Shown here one piece after another: positions 49,692 through 59,804 of a DNA stretch of 64,000 nucleotides. The translations under genes were made by a program, and so were the position numbers. Source of the DNA: an uncultured Fibrobacterota bacterium. GTDB taxonomy: Bacteria > Fibrobacterota > Chitinivibrionia > Chitinivibrionales > FEN-1185. Positions within the stretch are counted from its first letter, which is position 1; each line of letters opens with the position of its first letter. The stretch lies in NCBI GenBank assembly GCA_963729895.1, contig CAVSQB010000028.1, forward strand, positions 128,001 through 192,000. Direction: 5' to 3'. A model generated the notes under the pieces. That model made no database searches. It was not told the origin of the DNA and was given only the letters and a program-made list of their open reading frames with translations.

Positions 49692-50312
49692 GTGGCAACC
49701 TTATCGAGTTTTTTCGGGTTCTTCTGCAGGAAGAAACCGCTTGTCAAAGCCGATTATCTTGTTTTCGGCATCGGCAACCCCGGCGACAAGTACAACTATA
49801 CGAGGCACAACGCCGGTTTCATGGTGGTCGATCGTCTGTCGGAGTCGTTGACGGACGCGCGCACGAGGCGCGAGCCGTCCTTCGAGGCAATCTGGGGAAC
49901 GCTGTCCGGGAAGACAGTGGTGCTCGTAAAGCCGACAACATTCGTTAACCGTTGCGGGACCGCGTTCGCGGCAAGCGGTTCGCTGTTCTGCGTGCCCATG
50001 GAGTCGCGCCTTGTCGTTGTCGACGATTACCACCTTCCGCTCGGCGCCGTGCGGCTGAGGCGCGGGGGCTCGGATGGCGGGCACAACGGCCTCGCGTCGG
50101 TCATCGAGAGCTGCGGGGGAAATGTCGCCAGGCTCCGGCTGGGTATAGGGCCGCTTGCCCCCGGCTCAAAATCGGTGGAATTCGTCCTGGGGAAGTTTGA
50201 CGAAAAAGAATTACCGGCTGTCGATGCGGCGGTTCGCACGGCCGCGGATGCCTCGGCTGCGTTTTGCGGCCTGGGGATCGAAAGAGCGATGAACCTGTTC
50301 AACAAGGGCTGA
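49692..50312 (+). CDS. pth: Peptidyl-tRNA hydrolase
   Basis: GIGNPG..Y..TRHNAGF, GGHNGLAS, RLRLGIG. Confidence 0.95.
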   Translation: MATLSSFFGFFCRKKPLVKADYLVFGIGNPGDKYNYTRHNAGFMVVDRLSESLTDARTRREPSFEAIWGTLSGKTVVLVKPTTFVNRCGTAFAASGSLFCVPMESRLVVVDDYHLPLGAVRLRRGGSDGGHNGLASVIESCGGNVARLRLGIGPLAPGSKSVEFVLGKFDEKELPAVDAAVRTAADASAAFCGLGIERAMNLFNKG

Positions 50313-50397
50313 TGCCTCGGCCGTTTGGTGCGCCGGTCGGCCGCTCCGCGACACAGCCGGGCGCAGAAAGCAATTGTCGAGTAATCATAGTTCCATT

Positions 50398-50465
50398 CAT
50401 CCTGCCTCACCGGCGCGCACCAAGGGAATGCGCAGCATGAGTGAAGCCGTTAGACCAAAGGAGGC
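50398..50465 (+). promoter_or_regulatory. Possible S6:S18 autoregulatory leader
   Basis: TCCTGCC can pair with the rpsF SD AGGAGG around an internal hairpin. Position fits; not model-verified. Confidence 0.35.
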
Positions 50466-50470
50466 TCACG

Positions 50471-50824
50471 TTGAAACGACCCTACGAAACCGTCGTCATC
50501 TACGACGCCACGCTCCCCGATGACACGATTCAAAGCGAGAGCGGGAAGCTTGAAGAATTTCTCAGGAAGAACGCGGAGTTCGAGAGAACGGAGGTGCTCG
50601 GCAAGAAGTACCTTGCGTATCACATCAGGAAGAAGAAGACCGGGATCTACCACGTGTACGTTTACAAGGGTGAAGGAGACGTTGCGGGCAAGCTGGAGAA
50701 GTTTCTCAAGCTGAACGAATCGGTGCTTCGCCACCTGAGCGTCGTGCGGAATCCGAACGTTACGAAACCGGCAAAAGAAGCCCCGGCGGCGGCGCCGGTT
50801 GCGGCAGAAGGGGAGAAGGCATAA
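50471..50824 (+). CDS. rpsF: 30S ribosomal protein S6
   Basis: TTG after [31 protein letters not shown]. Confidence 0.93.
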   Translation: MKRPYETVVIYDATLPDDTIQSESGKLEEFLRKNAEFERTEVLGKKYLAYHIRKKKTGIYHVYVYKGEGDVAGKLEKFLKLNESVLRHLSVVRNPNVTKPAKEAPAAAPVAAEGEKA

Positions 50825-51051
50825 TGTACAGAAGAAGCAGAGTGAGAAAAGTGTGCTGGTTCGACCAGAACTCATTGGAGCCCGACTATAGAGACCAGCG
50901 GATGATGGAGAGCTTCATCACCGAGCGCGGGAAAATTGTTCCGCGCAGGCTGTCGGGCGTGTGCGCCAAGCACCAGAAAGCGCTTGCGCTCGCCATCAAG
51001 CGGGCCCGGTACCTGGCGCTCGTGCCGTTTGTCGCGGAAAACCTGAAGTAG
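50824..51051 (+). CDS. rpsR: 30S ribosomal protein S18
   Basis: [33 protein letters not shown]. Confidence 0.96.
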   Translation: MYRRSRVRKVCWFDQNSLEPDYRDQRMMESFITERGKIVPRRLSGVCAKHQKALALAIKRARYLALVPFVAENLK

Positions 51052-51127
51052 GAACGGAGCGGGATCCTGCGGCCCCGCGGCACGTAAACACGCTACTTAA
51101 CATTCGGTAAGCAAGGGGTTGTATTCT

Positions 51128-51580
51128 ATGGAAGTTGTTTTGAAAAAGGATCACGAGAAGCTCGGCAAGGCAATGGACGTCGTCAAGGTGGCCGACGGGT
51201 TTGCCCGAAATTTCCTTATTCCCCAGGGAATCGCGGTGATCGCAACGGAGGGAAACAGGAAAGCGGTGGTGGAGTCCAAGAAACTTTCCGAGAAACGAGA
51301 AGAGAAGAAACAAAAAGAAGCCCGGGTGCAGGCGAAACAGATCGAGAAGGTGCCGTGCACTATCAAGGTGAAGGTGGGGGAAGAGGACAAGCTGTTCGGG
51401 TCGGTGACCACGCAGGAGATCGCCGAGTTCCTTACCAAGGAAGGCTTTGCCATCGACAAAAAGGACATCGAGCTCGAAGAGCCCATCAAGCAATTGGGAG
51501 TCTATTCCGTTAAGATCACGCTGTACAAGGACGTGGTTGCAAGGCTCAAAGTCTGGGTTGTTAAGGAAGAGTCGAAGTAG
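51128..51580 (+). CDS. rplI: 50S ribosomal protein L9
   Basis: LGK..DVVKVADGFARNFLIPQG, KLFGSVT, PIKQLG. Confidence 0.96.
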   Translation: MEVVLKKDHEKLGKAMDVVKVADGFARNFLIPQGIAVIATEGNRKAVVESKKLSEKREEKKQKEARVQAKQIEKVPCTIKVKVGEEDKLFGSVTTQEIAEFLTKEGFAIDKKDIELEEPIKQLGVYSVKITLYKDVVARLKVWVVKEESK

Positions 51581-51605
51581 CGCCTAAGCACAAAGAGGGA
51601 GACGC

Positions 51606-52493
51606 ATGACATTGCGAGGTTGTTATGTTGCACTTGCCACGCCCTTTGCAAATGATGGCATGGTGTATGAGGCGGGACTCAGGAGCAACATCGAGTTTCT
51701 GATACAGAACGGGGTCGCGGGAATAGTTCCCTGCGGCACAACGGGCGAATCGGCCACGCTGTCGTGGGACGAGCACAACAATGTGGTGGATATCGCGCTC
51801 GATCAGGTAAAGGGCCGCGTCCAGGTTATTGCCGGGGCCGGCTCAAATAACACGAACGAATCGATTGAGGCCGCCGTGCATGCCAAGGAAAAAGGCGCGC
51901 AGGCGATCCTTTGTATCACGCCGTACTACAACAAACCCACGCAGGAAGGGTTGTACCAGCATTACAAGCTGATCGCTACCACCGTGGACATCCCGATCGT
52001 TTTATACAACGTGCCGGGCCGCACCGGCGTCAACATGCAGCCGAAAACGGTGGAACGACTGTGCGAATTCAAATCCATCGTCGCTCTCAAAGAAGCCAGC
52101 GGCAACCTGCAGCAGATTTCGGAAATCCACCGGCGATGCGGCGACCGTCTTACCATCTTGTCGGGTGACGATGCGCTGACGCTGCCCATACTCGCCTGCG
52201 GCGGCAAAGGCGTCATTTCCGTGGTCGCCAACATCTGGCCCCAGAAGATGGTCGCAATGCTGGATGCGTTTTTTGCGCAGGACATGACAACGGCGCTTGC
52301 GCTGCACGAGGAGCTGCTGCCGGTTTCCAACGCAATGTTTTTCGAGACGAGCCCCGGGCCGGTGAAGACCGCCATGAATTACCTGGGGCTTGCCGCGGGT
52401 CCCTTGCGCCTTCCCCTTGTCGATATGGAAAGCGACACCCGGGAAAAACTCATTTCGGTATTGAAGCAGAGCGGCATCAAACAATTGCCGTAG
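51606..52493 (+). CDS. dapA: 4-hydroxy-tetrahydrodipicolinate synthase
   Basis: GTTGES, PYYNKP, LYNVPGRTG, LKEASG. Confidence 0.96.
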   Translation: MTLRGCYVALATPFANDGMVYEAGLRSNIEFLIQNGVAGIVPCGTTGESATLSWDEHNNVVDIALDQVKGRVQVIAGAGSNNTNESIEAAVHAKEKGAQAILCITPYYNKPTQEGLYQHYKLIATTVDIPIVLYNVPGRTGVNMQPKTVERLCEFKSIVALKEASGNLQQISEIHRRCGDRLTILSGDDALTLPILACGGKGVISVVANIWPQKMVAMLDAFFAQDMTTALALHEELLPVSNAMFFETSPGPVKTAMNYLGLAAGPLRLPLVDMESDTREKLISVLKQSGIKQLP

Positions 52494-52505
52494 AACGGAC
52501 GCGGC

Positions 52506-53309
52506 TTGACAACGGATATCATCCTCACCGGCGCGCTCGGGAAAATGGGCAGGGAAATCGCCTCGGTCGTGCTCGCCGATGCGGTATGCACGCTCGCCGG
52601 CTGCATCGAACACCCGACGCATCAATCAATCGGCACGGACTATGGTTCCCTCACGGGCCTGGGGGTTTCCGGGCTTTTTCTGAGCGGTTCGCCCGAGGGC
52701 CTGCCTGTTGACAAAAGCGTCATCGTCGATTTTACGTCACCGCAGGCGACGCTCGCCCTGCTCGACGCCGTGGAAGGCAGGGCCGTGGGCATCGTGATCG
52801 GAACCACAGGATTCTCCGATATGGAGATCGCGCGCATCCGGCGGGCTGCGCAGGCGATTCCCATCGTGTTAAGCCCCAACATGAGTTACGGCGTCAACCT
52901 CCTGTTCGCGCTCACCGAACTCGCGGCGCAGAAGCTCGGCGACTCGTACGACATCGAAATCGTGGAAGCGCATCACCGGTTCAAAAAGGACTCGCCCAGC
53001 GGCACTGCCCGCAAGCTCGGCGAAATCGCGGCCGCCGCCATCGGCACAACCTACGATGATGCGGTCAGGAACGGCCGCGCCGGCATGGTAGGCGAGCGGC
53101 CGAAGAAGGAAATCGGCATGCATGCGGTTCGCGGCGGCGACATCGTGGGCGATCATACGGTGCTTTTTGCCGGCATGGGCGAACGAATCGAACTTCGTCA
53201 TGTGATGCATAGCCGGGCCACTCTTGCCCGCGGGGCCGTTGTTGCGGCAAAGTGGCTTGCGGCGCAGAAACCAGGCCTTTACAGTATGCGTGACGTTCTG
53301 GGGCTGTAA
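52506..53309 (+). CDS. dapB: 4-hydroxy-tetrahydrodipicolinate reductase
   Basis: GALGKMG, GTTG, EAHHRFKKDSPSGTA, RGGDIVGDH. Confidence 0.96.
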   Translation: MTTDIILTGALGKMGREIASVVLADAVCTLAGCIEHPTHQSIGTDYGSLTGLGVSGLFLSGSPEGLPVDKSVIVDFTSPQATLALLDAVEGRAVGIVIGTTGFSDMEIARIRRAAQAIPIVLSPNMSYGVNLLFALTELAAQKLGDSYDIEIVEAHHRFKKDSPSGTARKLGEIAAAAIGTTYDDAVRNGRAGMVGERPKKEIGMHAVRGGDIVGDHTVLFAGMGERIELRHVMHSRATLARGAVVAAKWLAAQKPGLYSMRDVLGL

Positions 53310-53486
53310 CCCTCACAAGGGGTGTTATTCTTCCGCGGGAGGCCGGTCGCAGGTTTTTTCGGATCGGGCATTGCACTCATCAATTTTTTGTTGCCTGACA
53401 CGAAATACTAGTGCTGTATTTTTTCCGGCGCAATCGGTTTTCAGATGAACGTCCGCACCACGAGTACCACTCCGCAAGGAGCCTGA

Positions 53487-54806
53487 ATGGCCAATCCACT
53501 CTCCGTTGCAGTAAGCCTTCTTGTGCTTTTCTTCTCGTACGTAACCGCTTCAGGCGCGGCGTCTGATTCCGCTGCAACCAGGGACACCGCTCAACAACAG
53601 CAGCCCAAGCAAGCTGCACCTGTTGCAGCCAAAGACACTTCGCAGAAAACGCCCGCAGCCATCGGCGCACCAGCTTCAGCAAAGCCCGCAGCCTTGCCAA
53701 ATAAGAAACCGGTTGAGGAAGATCTTGATGAGGAGATGCTCCTGCCGGAAAAGGGAGCGCCTCAGCCGGTACAGGCCGCCCCTGCGCCGGCCGCGGCAAA
53801 AACCGCGGCAATGCAGCAGGCAGCCGACACTTCGAAAGCGGCAGGCGCTGCGCCTGTTCGAGCGCCGGCGGGACCGGCCGCCGAAACCGGGAAACCTGCG
53901 CAGGTCCCCGGGGTCGGCGCTCTTGCCGACACGTCAAAAAAGGCTGCGGCGCAGAAAACCGTCGCGCCCGTGAGAATCGAAGAAGCCCGCCCCATCAATT
54001 TTGCCAGGAACCTTAAGGACTACCGCTCGCCGAAACTTGCCATGTTCCTGTCGCTGCTCGTTCCCGGCCTCGGACAGGCATATGTCAAGAGCTACGTCAA
54101 GGCCGGGCTTTTCATAGCGGCCGAGGCGGCGATCATCGGCGCAAGCGTGGTGTACTCGAACAAGGGAAGCAGCAAGTACAATCAGGCCACCGCGTTTGCC
54201 GACAGGAATTATTCCGTCTCAACCATGCAGAATTATTACACCCAACTTCTTGCTTTCATGGGAGGGGACACCACTGCCCAGGGCACGCTCAATGGCATCT
54301 ATTACGATACCGTCCCTAACGCCAACTCGAGCCTTAGCCAGGGTTCCAAGACCAAATCGCATGGATATTACACGCTGATCGCGCAGCCCGAGTACATTCA
54401 GGGATGGAAAGATTGCCAGCCAACTTTCAGTCAGATACAGAATCTTTCCCTTAACCAGAAATATTCCACAAAGGGGGGGACAACCTACACTCTTGACAGC
54501 AATTTGTATCAAGTGGATATCAACGGCAATCCCGCAAATGCCGCATATGGCTATTCCGACAGCCTGATTGCGTACAAAGCCCTGATGTCCCAGTCCAACA
54601 GCGACTACAAGACGGCCACTAATATCCTGTTCATCATCCTTGTCAATCATATCGTGAGCGCCGTGGATGCATTGATTTCCGCCAGAATATACAACGACGA
54701 GCTGCTCGGCAAGCAGAGCTTCTGGAACCATATCGACCTGGAGCCCAGCGTTGCCGCAGCCGGGACAATGAGCGGCCCGGCACTATCCCTGAGGATAAAA
54801 TTTTGA
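53487..54806 (+). CDS. Exported hypothetical protein with PGLGQxY (DUF5683/TM2-like) motif and Ala/Pro-rich linker
   Basis: Signal peptide, SPKLAMFLSLLVPGLGQAY, SAVDA, terminal Phe. Confidence 0.7.
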   Translation: MANPLSVAVSLLVLFFSYVTASGAASDSAATRDTAQQQQPKQAAPVAAKDTSQKTPAAIGAPASAKPAALPNKKPVEEDLDEEMLLPEKGAPQPVQAAPAPAAAKTAAMQQAADTSKAAGAAPVRAPAGPAAETGKPAQVPGVGALADTSKKAAAQKTVAPVRIEEARPINFARNLKDYRSPKLAMFLSLLVPGLGQAYVKSYVKAGLFIAAEAAIIGASVVYSNKGSSKYNQATAFADRNYSVSTMQNYYTQLLAFMGGDTTAQGTLNGIYYDTVPNANSSLSQGSKTKSHGYYTLIAQPEYIQGWKDCQPTFSQIQNLSLNQKYSTKGGTTYTLDSNLYQVDINGNPANAAYGYSDSLIAYKALMSQSNSDYKTATNILFIILVNHIVSAVDALISARIYNDELLGKQSFWNHIDLEPSVAAAGTMSGPALSLRIKF

Positions 54807-55537
54807 ACGCATTTCGCGCCTCTGCGGCAACCGCCTTGTTCGTCGCATTCGCCCTGTTCGGCCCGGCCGACTGCCAGGTTGTCGTCCAGGAAGGCGTGAG
54901 CACCGACACGGTCGACCTCTTTGCCAAGTCCTCAAAACCGCAAAAATCCATGGTGCTTGCGATGTGCGCATCCATCGTGCTGCCCGGCCTCGGGCAGCAG
55001 TACCTGGGTGACAATACAAAGGCGCTTGCCTACTACTCCGCCGAAGCGCTGTTCATTGTCGGCGCGGTTTTCTGCAGCCATTATTCCCGGACGGTGTTCG
55101 ACAACGCCAAGGCCTTCGCCTGGGACCATGCCGAGGCGCAGGGCGGCGCCGGCGCAAACGACCAGTACTGGCAGAACGTGGCGGACTACGACGAGTCGGA
55201 CGGATACAATCAATCCCTTTCCCTGGGGTACAACAAGGAGGCTGAACTCATCTACCGAAGCCAGGCCCAGGACTACCTTACGTCTAATCTGCAATGGCAC
55301 TGGGATGATACGTCCAACCGGACGATTTACGGCGGCATGCTGCAGCAGTCAATGGGCTGGCAGGTGGCGTCGTCGTTTTTTATCGGGGCAATGGTTCTCA
55401 ACAGGCTGGTGTCGTTCATCGACGCCCGCTTTACGGCGAGGCACATGGAGGCGAAGTCGCTTTCGTCGCTGCAATTCGTTCCCCGCTACGATCCGGGCAC
55501 CAGGGCCTCCGGTGTCGCGCTCCAGGCAGGATTCTAG
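54803..55537 (+). CDS. Paralogous exported hypothetical protein (PGLGQxY motif)
   Basis: SIVLPGLGQQY, NRLVSFIDA, terminal Phe. Overlaps the previous stop. Confidence 0.7.
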   Translation: MNAFRASAATALFVAFALFGPADCQVVVQEGVSTDTVDLFAKSSKPQKSMVLAMCASIVLPGLGQQYLGDNTKALAYYSAEALFIVGAVFCSHYSRTVFDNAKAFAWDHAEAQGGAGANDQYWQNVADYDESDGYNQSLSLGYNKEAELIYRSQAQDYLTSNLQWHWDDTSNRTIYGGMLQQSMGWQVASSFFIGAMVLNRLVSFIDARFTARHMEAKSLSSLQFVPRYDPGTRASGVALQAGF

Positions 55538-55663
55538 GCTTCCTTTCCAAAAGAGAATGCCGCGTTTGGAAACGTGTGCGGACCGCAGTGCGCCGGCGAC
55601 AGGCGTGCGCTCCACCGGGCAGGACGAGGGAGTCCGGCGGATGTTTCGTGAAGGGAACCAACG

Positions 55664-56371
55664 GTGAATCTGATACTGTTGTTTGAATCAGATTTCATCG
55701 ACGGATCGCACGTCGTGCTCAAAGGCCGCAGGCTGAAGCACATGGCCGAGGTGCACCGGGTTGCCGCTGGTGACACGTTGCGAGTCGGTAAATTGAACGG
55801 TCTGCTGGGCACCGGGACGGTCACGGCCATTGACGTGCGGTCATGCACCATGGAAGTGAGGCTCGACCAAAATCCGCCGGACCCTCTGTCCCTCACGCTG
55901 CTGCTTGCCCTGCCACGGCCCAAAGTCCTTCGAAGAATAGCGGAATGCGCTACCGCCGTGGGCGTCAAGATGATTTACATTATGGAAACATGGCGCGTGG
56001 AAAAGAGCTTCTGGGAAAGCCCGTCTCTGGCTCCCGGCGTCCTTGCCGGCTCGTGCGTGCTCGGGCTTGAGCAGGCCGGGGATACGGTGATGCCCCACAT
56101 CGTTTTCAAACGCCGATTCAAACCGTTTGTCGAAGACGAGGTCCCCGCCATACTGGAAGGGACCCGGGCGATTGTCGCTCATCCCGGGGCGGAAAAGCAG
56201 TGCCCGCATGGCATAAAAGGCCCCGTAACCCTTGCCGTCGGCCCGGAAGGCGGGTTCATACCGTATGAGATCGATTTGCTGAAGAAGCAGGGGTTTGAGG
56301 ATGTTACTTTCGGGAAAAGGATATTGAGAACCGAGTGGTTTGTACCGGCAGTGGTGGGGAGAATGTTTTAG
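55664..56371 (+). CDS. rsmE: 16S rRNA m3U1498 methyltransferase
   Basis: LALPRPK, EQA.D, VGPEGGF, RILRTE. Confidence 0.9.
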   Translation: MNLILLFESDFIDGSHVVLKGRRLKHMAEVHRVAAGDTLRVGKLNGLLGTGTVTAIDVRSCTMEVRLDQNPPDPLSLTLLLALPRPKVLRRIAECATAVGVKMIYIMETWRVEKSFWESPSLAPGVLAGSCVLGLEQAGDTVMPHIVFKRRFKPFVEDEVPAILEGTRAIVAHPGAEKQCPHGIKGPVTLAVGPEGGFIPYEIDLLKKQGFEDVTFGKRILRTEWFVPAVVGRMF

Positions 56372-56385
56372 AAAAGCCGTTGTCG

Positions 56386-56841
56386 TTATCTCTCTTCGCG
56401 CAGTTTTTCATAATCCGCCAAATCCTGCGGTCTGCCCGACGCCTTCTTGTTTTTCAACAGGTGAGGCAGGCTGATGACGTTGATAAATGTGTCATCAACC
56501 GCGATACGTTTCCTTGCTTTAAAACACTCTTTGAAAGCAACCCCAGAAATTGTGGATACTATTTCAATCCTCATGGGCGGAATGCCCATACGTAAAATCT
56601 GGCCCGGCAGATAGAACAAATCCTGAGGGAGGGACTGGCGTGAGAAACCGAATTTTTCAAGAACAGTCTTCAATCTCTTCTTATTGACCGGATCATCAGA
56701 GACCCAGAAATCCATGTCGTTGGTGGCGCGCACGTAGCCGTAAAGAGAGACCGCGTATCCGCCGATAAGAAGATATCTCACTCTATGCTTGTTGAGCAAC
56801 TTCAAGAAGTCTTTGAAGTCGCGAGGCAGCGTCATGGCCAT
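56386..56841 (-). CDS. Nucleotidyltransferase-fold protein (putative TA component)
   Basis: YLLIGGYAV..YGYVRAT.DMD, KKASGRPQDLAD. Confidence 0.85.
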   Translation of the reverse strand: MAMTLPRDFKDFLKLLNKHRVRYLLIGGYAVSLYGYVRATNDMDFWVSDDPVNKKRLKTVLEKFGFSRQSLPQDLFYLPGQILRMGIPPMRIEIVSTISGVAFKECFKARKRIAVDDTFINVISLPHLLKNKKASGRPQDLADYEKLREER

Positions 56842-56971
56842 ACCATTGTCTGCGAAGTTGTTGAAGACCGTACAGACGTTCCCGGGAGGATCTGGATCGC
56901 CAGAATTGGATGTCGTCTTTTCCCGACTGTACCGTGGAGATGGTGAGGACTCTTTTGACTCTCGTATGCAA
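56783..56971 (-). CDS. Small partner protein of the nucleotidyltransferase
   Basis: FWRSRSSRERL..LQQLR..WYG...RLQR, overlapping the NTase start. TTG start uncertain. Confidence 0.6.
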   Translation of the reverse strand: MHTRVKRVLTISTVQSGKDDIQFWRSRSSRERLYGLQQLRRQWYGHDAASRLQRLLEVAQQA

Positions 56972-57173
56972 TGATTCAACAGATTCCCGCGGAAGTGCTC
57001 CGCGGTTGTTGCGCAGGGCATATGCCGCGGGACAATGGCCTGCCGTTTTGGTGTGCGTGAGCCTTTTCATACTGTAAGAATATACTCATGGAGACAGTTT
57101 TCCACCAGACTAATTTCGCTTCTCCAACTCAACCGGTACTCTCTCGCCCACAACGAACTATTTTATTTTCAGG

Positions 57174-58100
57174 ATGAAACCCACACCCAACCGCAACGAC
57201 CCGTGCTACTGCGGCAGCGGGAAGAAATACAAGAAGTGCCATATGCTTCTTGACGAAAAGGGCGCATCGCGGCCGGCAAAAGCCCGGGAGCGGCTTGTCA
57301 AGACGCCATCGGAGATCGAGGGAATGCGCAGGGCAGGCGCATTCAACGGCGAGCTCATGGATTACATGCGGGAATTCGTGAAGGCCGGCGTGTCCACGGA
57401 AGAACTTGACGGGCGCGCGCACGACTACACCGTTTCCCGCGGCCACACCCCGGCATGCCTCCAATATAAGGGATATCCGAAGTCCATCTGCACGTCCGTC
57501 AACAGCGTGGTGTGCCACGGCATCCCATCGCCGAACGAGGTTCTCAAGGACGGTGATATCGTGAATGTGGACCTTACCACCATCGTGGACGGTTTCTACG
57601 GCGACTCGTCCGAAACGTTCATGATCGGCGAAGTGGATCAAAGGGCGAAACACCTCGTGGGCGTAACGGCGAAGGCCATGCTGCTGGGCATTGCCGCATG
57701 CAGGTCCGGCAATCACCTGCGGGAGATCGCGCAGGCGATTGAGCCGTACGCGGTTTCGCACGGCTGTTCGGTGGTGCGCCAGTACACGGGCCACGGCATC
57801 GGCAGGCAGTTTCACGAGCAGCATTTCAGCGTGTATCACCATAGGGCCGACGACTGCGACGATGTTGTGCTGGAACCGGGCATGACGTTCACCGTGGAGC
57901 CCATGATCAACCTCGGCGGGTGGGAAGTCGTCACCGATCCGTACGACAAATGGACCGTGCGCACCAAAGACGGCTCGCTTTCCGCGCAATTCGAGCACAC
58001 CGTGCTGGTTACCGAATCGGAACCCGAGCTCCTCACACTCACGCCGTCCCAGAAAGCCGCGCACGTGGCAATCGCCGTTCCCGGCATGAGCATTTCATGA
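57174..58100 (+). CDS. map: Type I methionine aminopeptidase with N-terminal SEC-C motif
   Basis: RNDPCYCGSGKKYKKCH, CTSVN.VVCHGIP, GHGIG..FHE, EPM, AQFEHT. Confidence 0.96.
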   Translation: MKPTPNRNDPCYCGSGKKYKKCHMLLDEKGASRPAKARERLVKTPSEIEGMRRAGAFNGELMDYMREFVKAGVSTEELDGRAHDYTVSRGHTPACLQYKGYPKSICTSVNSVVCHGIPSPNEVLKDGDIVNVDLTTIVDGFYGDSSETFMIGEVDQRAKHLVGVTAKAMLLGIAACRSGNHLREIAQAIEPYAVSHGCSVVRQYTGHGIGRQFHEQHFSVYHHRADDCDDVVLEPGMTFTVEPMINLGGWEVVTDPYDKWTVRTKDGSLSAQFEHTVLVTESEPELLTLTPSQKAAHVAIAVPGMSIS

Positions 58101-59302
58101 AACCCACCCGCGTATTCGACACCGACATCCCGGCCCCCAGCGAACGTGTGATCCTTGCCGGCCTTCTCATCGGCGGCCAGGACCAGGAGCTTTTCGATAT
58201 TGACATGAAAGAAATGAGGATGCTGTGCGCCACGGCCGGCGCAAACATAGTGCATACCGCGGTTCAGCGCCGGGAAGCGCCGGTGGCATCAACCTACATC
58301 GGCCCCGGCAAGCTCTCCGAAATCTCCGCGCTCATGAAACGGCTCGCGTGCACAACGCTGGTGATCGACGCGCACTTGTCGCCGGGCCAGGTGCGCAACA
58401 TCGAAAAGATCATCGAGGGGAAGGTAATTGACAGAGGGCAACTTATTCTCGACATCTTCGCCAAGCACGCCCGCACCAACGAGGCCCGCATCCAGGTGGA
58501 GCTTGCCCAGATGAAAACGATGTACCCGCGCCTCACACATGCGTGGACGCATTTTTCCCAGCAGGTGGGCGGCATCGGCACCAAGGGACCAGGCGAAAAG
58601 CAGCTCGAGGTGGACCGGCGCCTCATCCAGAAGAAGATTTCCGACCTCAACGGCCGCCTCAAGACCATAGAGAAATCGCGCGCCACACAGCGCAAATCGC
58701 GCGCCGGTGAATTCAAGGTGACGCTTGTGGGATACACGAACGTAGGCAAGTCGTGCTTGCTGAACGCGCTGTCGGGCGCCGACGTGCTGGTGCAGAACAA
58801 GCTGTTTGCCACGCTCGACACGGCAACGCGTCGCACGTTTATTCCCGGCGCGGGGGAGATCGTTATTTCGGATACGGTCGGCTTCCTGCGTAAACTGCCG
58901 CACCATCTGGTGGCGTCGTTCAAAGGCACGCTCGAGGTGGTGTCGCAGGCCGATCTGCTGCTTATCGTTATGGACGCGGCAAGCCCGTGGGCCGACCGCC
59001 AGCTCGCAACTGTCAATGAAGTCCTTGCCGACCTCGGGGCCGGCGCAATTCCGCGTCTGCTTCTGTTCAATAAGATCGACCTTGTCGCCGACCCTGTGGA
59101 GCGCAAAAGGCTCTCGATGCAGTACCCGGACGCCCTGTTCGTGTCTGCGTTGTCGCAGGACGACATGACAATTGTAAAGAATCACATTGCCGACATAATC
59201 CGTACGTATAAGAAAGAAACTGCCGTTGCGGACATCATAGCGCAGAAAACGAAGGAGCTGAGCAGGGAACAGGAAGAAACGCCTCAACAGCCGTGGGACT
59301 AA
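58097..59302 (+). CDS. hflX: Ribosome-splitting GTPase HflX
   Basis: LILDIFA, GPGEKQLE.DRR, GYTNVGKS, LFATLD, DTVGF, NKID. Confidence 0.96.
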   Translation: MKPTRVFDTDIPAPSERVILAGLLIGGQDQELFDIDMKEMRMLCATAGANIVHTAVQRREAPVASTYIGPGKLSEISALMKRLACTTLVIDAHLSPGQVRNIEKIIEGKVIDRGQLILDIFAKHARTNEARIQVELAQMKTMYPRLTHAWTHFSQQVGGIGTKGPGEKQLEVDRRLIQKKISDLNGRLKTIEKSRATQRKSRAGEFKVTLVGYTNVGKSCLLNALSGADVLVQNKLFATLDTATRRTFIPGAGEIVISDTVGFLRKLPHHLVASFKGTLEVVSQADLLLIVMDAASPWADRQLATVNEVLADLGAGAIPRLLLFNKIDLVADPVERKRLSMQYPDALFVSALSQDDMTIVKNHIADIIRTYKKETAVADIIAQKTKELSREQEETPQQPWD

Positions 59303-59634
59303 CTGACATTAGGGAAAGGAAGTCTGCTTGTGGAGGAAGTTTACCCCGTCGGGTACTTCCAAGGGTCGTCCCCCTCGCTCCAGCCCGGCGCGTTTTCCAA
59401 TTTGTAACCAGGTCCAATCGCGCGCCGATCTTCCGCTACCCCCTCTTGGGTGCACCCATAGAGAGAGTAGTTGCAAGAGACAATCTTGGGCTGTAGGGCA
59501 CCCACGAAGGGCAGTAGACAGGCAAGGATGATTGCTTTGATTATTGTTATTATACCTGATTCCAATTAGTTAGCTATCCATTATTGAGTCCGCGTTCAGT
59601 CACTAAAGTACGTTCACTAACCGGAAGTGCTCGA

Positions 59635-59804
59635 TGCGTTAGGCAGGACTGAAGGGTTCCGCCATAGCGGGATTGCCGGCCGACCCTCGCCGGAGGCGAC
59701 AAGGGCGGTCCCGCAACGAGGCGAAAAGCCGACGACCCTTGGAAGCACCCGAAGGGGTGGCCCGGAAGGAGGGCCACCCCGGCCACGGGGCGGGGAACGC
59801 CCAA
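59635..59804 (+). repeat. Family 1 repeat copy
   Basis: TGCGTTAGGCA...GAAAAGCCGA...GGAGGGCC...GGAACGCCCAA. Confidence 0.8.
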
